A stretch of DNA of 64,000 nucleotides, from NCBI GenBank assembly GCA_965203805.1, contig OZ241917.1:4640001-4704000 (forward strand), written 5' to 3'. Position numbers and translations under genes: made by a program. Shown in pieces: positions 58,280-64,000 of the stretch; the first letter of the stretch is position 1; each line of letters starts with the position of its first letter. A model generated the notes under the pieces. The model searched no databases, had not been told where the DNA came from, and saw only the letters and a program-made list of their open reading frames with translations. The DNA is from Candidatus Latescibacterota bacterium (GTDB taxonomy: Bacteria; Latescibacterota; UBA2968; GCA-2709665).

Positions 58280-61200
58280 TTGACCCGCGAAATGGAAATA
58301 GAACTCGACCGGAGAGACGTTTGGCCCGCGGGGCGCGAATCCACGTTGCTGGGCGAGCTTGTCCGGATGGAAATTGCGAAGCATATCTGGGACAGCCGCC
58401 AGAGTTCCAAGCTGACCGGCTTCGAGTACGCGAAGCGCCGGGGAACGCGCAACATGATGAATCCCGCGAGACCGCGTCTGGACCGGCCCCGGGGGCGAAC
58501 GCGTGTCTTCGCGCGCTGGACAGACGAGGTATTGAGGGTCTCCGTCAAATGCGAAGGGCGCAGCGACGGTGAAGACCGCATCGTCGTGGCGATCGCCCGG
58601 GGCGCAGACAGTCTGCTCCAGTTCGAATGTCGTTCCGACGGATCACTGCGGTTGCCTGATGGAGCGGGAGGGCCGACGTTCGAAGTTGAGCAGAGGCGGA
58701 ATGGATGGTCGGCGCGCCTGACGGTACCCTGGGCGATGCTCGGCGTACGTCCACGGCCCGGGCTGCAACTTCCCGTTAACGTCGCGCGGTTCACGGAATG
58801 GACGGACGTGGCTCCGCCAGCGATGTTGCCCGACGGATTCCTGGTCAACGGATTCACGCGCATCCGTCCGGGGCTGGAAGTGAGCACCATGAGCCGGGCG
58901 GTGAGGGTTCCAACCGTAGGGGATCCGCTTCGGGCCGACCGGTTGGGCCGCCTGGTGCTGAGCCCGCGCCTGGAAATCCGGGACTTGAGGCTGCGGGACG
59001 CGGGTCTGACACAGAAGGAACTCTCGATGTATCTGAGTCCATCGGGTGCGGTGCCTGAAACGCTCGACGTTCGGGTCGCGCTTACCGATCCTTGCGGACG
59101 TGAGACTGTATTCGTGGACCGGTCCGGTAGTGAAGGCGACGTGCGGATGCGGCTGGATTATCTGTTCGGCGCATTCAGGGGCTTTCTGTATCCATACCGG
59201 CTTTCGGTTTCGGTATCCGATCCGGAAACTGGCGCGACGCTGGCCGAAGCGCAATGCGAGTTCATGCCGCCCCGGCGAGTCCGCCTGGACCCGCTGAGAC
59301 TGGGCAACGATCAGCGCGGCCGTGGCCGATTCCGTTTGGCCGGGGAAGGCTTGGCAGGTACAGAGTGGCAGGCGACGCTGGTGAACGACGCCGGCGAGGC
59401 GCTGGACAGGGGCAGCGTTCTGGCCGAATCGAACGAGGCGACGTTTGACGTGGCCATTGGCGAAGTGCCCAGAGGGCGGTACAGGCTGCGGCTGACCCCG
59501 ATGGGGTCGAACCCGGACTTCCACCTGGAATGCCCCTGTAACGTGATGGGCGCGAGGCCCAATCCCCTCGTGCTGCTGGGCCCGAAGGACGTCGCCCGTC
59601 TGCGAAATCAGGTGAAACAAGGGGGCCTGAAACCCCATTATGAGACGATGAAAGCCGGCGTTGACGAGATACTTGAACGGGGTACCATCCTGGAGCGCAG
59701 CCTCACGCTCGAGGGGACGGAGATCCGCGAGATCGCAATCGACGACCTGCTCGCCGGTGACGACCTGCTGATGCAGGGTCACCCTGAGGATACGCTCTTT
59801 CAGCGGGACCCCCACCAACTGATGGCCGCGGCGCTCGTGTATCTGATCGAGCGGGAAGACCGGTACGGCCTGCTTGCGGAAAAAATGGTGCGGGTGCTTG
59901 TCGACCACGTTCTCTGGGGAGACCCGAGGGTATACGGGGCGGACGCGGACCTGATGTGGAAGGCGATGTACTGTGCACTGGCGATGGACTGGCTGGGCGA
60001 CCTCATCGCGCCGGATGAGCGCCGGGCGCTCACGGATCGACTGGTCGAGAACGGGCTGCTTGTGTACCAGTGGGCGATGGAGAACGACCAGGCCTACTGG
60101 AAGGGACGAATCGCGAATCTAACGCCGATATCGGATAGTGTGGCATCGGCGCTGGCGCTTTGCCTTCGGGACGAAACGGTGGACGCGGACGCGGTGCTTC
60201 GAATCGCCAGAGAGGATATCGGAACGCCGATGCGCGCGTTTCCGCCGGACGGCTCGTGGCCCGAATCCGTCAACTATTGGGCGGTTTTCCTGCGGGGGGT
60301 CATCCTGCACGGCGCAGCGATGGAGTCCGCGACAGGTACCGACGACGGGGTATTCTCAATGCCCGGAATGAAGGATGCAGGGCATTTCCCCGTATATTTC
60401 ACGCCCAGGGGCGTCCCGGCGGGGTTCAACGACGGGATGAATAGCGGGGCGGCCCCCTTTCTCCACCTGCTGGCGCGACGGTTTGACGAGCCCCTGTTTT
60501 CGCTGTACGCGGACGCGTACGGCGGGGAGGGCGAAAACAGGCGTTCCGACTGGTATACGGTCATGTGGCGTTCCCCCGGTGTCCCCTACCAGCCCCCCGC
60601 TCCGTGCACTGACGTGGCCGACAGACCCGCGCCCCGGGCGCTGGGATCGAAGATGACGGGGTTGAAGCGGCTTCAGGTGTACGAGGAGATCCGGTGGGCA
60701 GCGCTCTCGTCAGATTGGCCCGATCCGGAACTGTACGTGTCATTCAAGAGCGGATACGCCGAGCCCGGTTTCGGCCATACGAGCAGAGACCTGAACGCGA
60801 TGCAGGTGGTGGCCGGAGGAGAACCGCTGATCCGCCGCAGCCACGACTACAGTACGCCGCCTGATGGATACAGCACCACGCTGATCGACGGCAAGCCGCA
60901 GGGTCCCGGAACGGGGACGTTTCTTTATTGGGACGAGGCGGTCAGGCACCTCGCGATTGCGGCGGAAGCGGACAGGTCGTTCGGAGGCGAAATCCGAAGG
61001 GTCCGGCGCCACATTGTCATGGTGGACGGCCGATACCTGGTTGTGCTGGACGAAGTGATGAGTGACAGGCCGGTCAGGGTGACGTTCATGGCGCATACGG
61101 CCGGCGAGATCCTCAACGCGGACGGGAATTGCGAGATTCGGGGAAAGAAGACGCGGCTGTATCTGGCGTTTGCGGGGTCGGAGGTGACGTTGGGCCGCGT

Positions 61201-61438
61201 CGCGCCGCCGGAGTGCGTGATGACGCAACTCACCGACCGGGTGCTGCACGCCACCACCGAGGCGGGCCGAAATGTCGAACTGATAACCCTGATCTGGCCG
61301 GAAACCCATGATGCGGGGGCGCCCGCTTGCAAATGGGACGGCGAACGGCTGGTCGTCCATCGACCGGACGGCGTAAGGGACGAACTGGTATTCGAACGGA
61401 AGGATTCCGATTTGCAATTTCTGCGCGTCCGCGCGTAG
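58280..61438 (+). CDS. Large heparinase II/III-like protein
   Basis: DGSWPES..YW, FND, and FKSG......H...D.N followed by ST.LIDG..Q and RR.I.MVDG.Y.VV.DE. The N-terminal part has a CBM9-like W.....PW..LG..P segment. Confidence 0.75.
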   Translation: MTREMEIELDRRDVWPAGRESTLLGELVRMEIAKHIWDSRQSSKLTGFEYAKRRGTRNMMNPARPRLDRPRGRTRVFARWTDEVLRVSVKCEGRSDGEDRIVVAIARGADSLLQFECRSDGSLRLPDGAGGPTFEVEQRRNGWSARLTVPWAMLGVRPRPGLQLPVNVARFTEWTDVAPPAMLPDGFLVNGFTRIRPGLEVSTMSRAVRVPTVGDPLRADRLGRLVLSPRLEIRDLRLRDAGLTQKELSMYLSPSGAVPETLDVRVALTDPCGRETVFVDRSGSEGDVRMRLDYLFGAFRGFLYPYRLSVSVSDPETGATLAEAQCEFMPPRRVRLDPLRLGNDQRGRGRFRLAGEGLAGTEWQATLVNDAGEALDRGSVLAESNEATFDVAIGEVPRGRYRLRLTPMGSNPDFHLECPCNVMGARPNPLVLLGPKDVARLRNQVKQGGLKPHYETMKAGVDEILERGTILERSLTLEGTEIREIAIDDLLAGDDLLMQGHPEDTLFQRDPHQLMAAALVYLIEREDRYGLLAEKMVRVLVDHVLWGDPRVYGADADLMWKAMYCALAMDWLGDLIAPDERRALTDRLVENGLLVYQWAMENDQAYWKGRIANLTPISDSVASALALCLRDETVDADAVLRIAREDIGTPMRAFPPDGSWPESVNYWAVFLRGVILHGAAMESATGTDDGVFSMPGMKDAGHFPVYFTPRGVPAGFNDGMNSGAAPFLHLLARRFDEPLFSLYADAYGGEGENRRSDWYTVMWRSPGVPYQPPAPCTDVADRPAPRALGSKMTGLKRLQVYEEIRWAALSSDWPDPELYVSFKSGYAEPGFGHTSRDLNAMQVVAGGEPLIRRSHDYSTPPDGYSTTLIDGKPQGPGTGTFLYWDEAVRHLAIAAEADRSFGGEIRRVRRHIVMVDGRYLVVLDEVMSDRPVRVTFMAHTAGEILNADGNCEIRGKKTRLYLAFAGSEVTLGRVAPPECVMTQLTDRVLHATTEAGRNVELITLIWPETHDAGAPACKWDGERLVVHRPDGVRDELVFERKDSDLQFLRVRA

Positions 61439-61495
61439 ACTTCCCGTGGCGCCTCTCGCGCCTCGCGGATCCACAAGTGACGGAAAGGACGATAA

Positions 61496-63707
<2,212 letters not shown>

Positions 63708-63724
<17 letters not shown>

Positions 63725-64000
63725 ACTGCGACCTGAGCGGCCTGCGCTGGCTCCGGAGAGCCGGATCGACGGGGTCGGGCGCCGCCGCTCCGTTTTTCCC
63801 CTCGTAGACCTTTGCCGCACTCAGTGCTTCCTGGAAGGCGGCCAGTGGCTGATCCGCGCCGGGGTACCGGTCGGCGTGCGTGGGGCCGTTTTCCAGCTTG
63901 AGCACGCCGCGCGGGCAGACGGCCGAGCAGATGCCGCATCCCACGCAGGACGCGCGTACGATGTTTTCGCCGCGCTGGGCGTACGCCCGGACGTCGATGC
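63708..64000 (-). CDS. 4Fe-4S dicluster domain protein (3' part; runs off the window)
   Basis: [33 protein letters not shown] contains CxxCxxCxxxCP. Confidence 0.8.

Overview
This is a 64 kb GC-rich bacterial chromosomal segment. It holds a few housekeeping genes (parE-parC, monomeric icd, sodC, a K+ channel) among many paralogous catabolic enzymes: 3 PhyH dioxygenases, 2 aldo/keto reductases, 2 Ldh_2, 2 Gfo/Idh/MocA, 2 D-2-hydroxyacid dehydrogenases, and sialidase-, DUF1080- and heparinase-like proteins. That inventory resembles Latescibacterota/Poribacteria-like genomes (inference only). AT-richer accessory islets, gene remnants, one intact IS630 and several dispersed intergenic repeat families are interspersed. 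Best leads: (1) a thioredoxin-like selenoprotein candidate that the ORF caller split at an in-frame UGA (C-x-U motif plus a bacterial SECIS-like hairpin); (2) a NYN/PIN nuclease gene with a promoter-proximal, strongly structured leader RNA, a candidate RNA-controlled toxin or defence module; (3) a 2TM SLATT-like gene coupled to an uncalled proline-rich micropeptide; (4) tiny CCTG...CAGG palindromes that sit at G|C junctions, nest in each other, and in one case lie in-frame inside a gene. No rRNA, tRNA or CRISPR array was seen. All family calls come from motif recognition by eye; no database searches were run.
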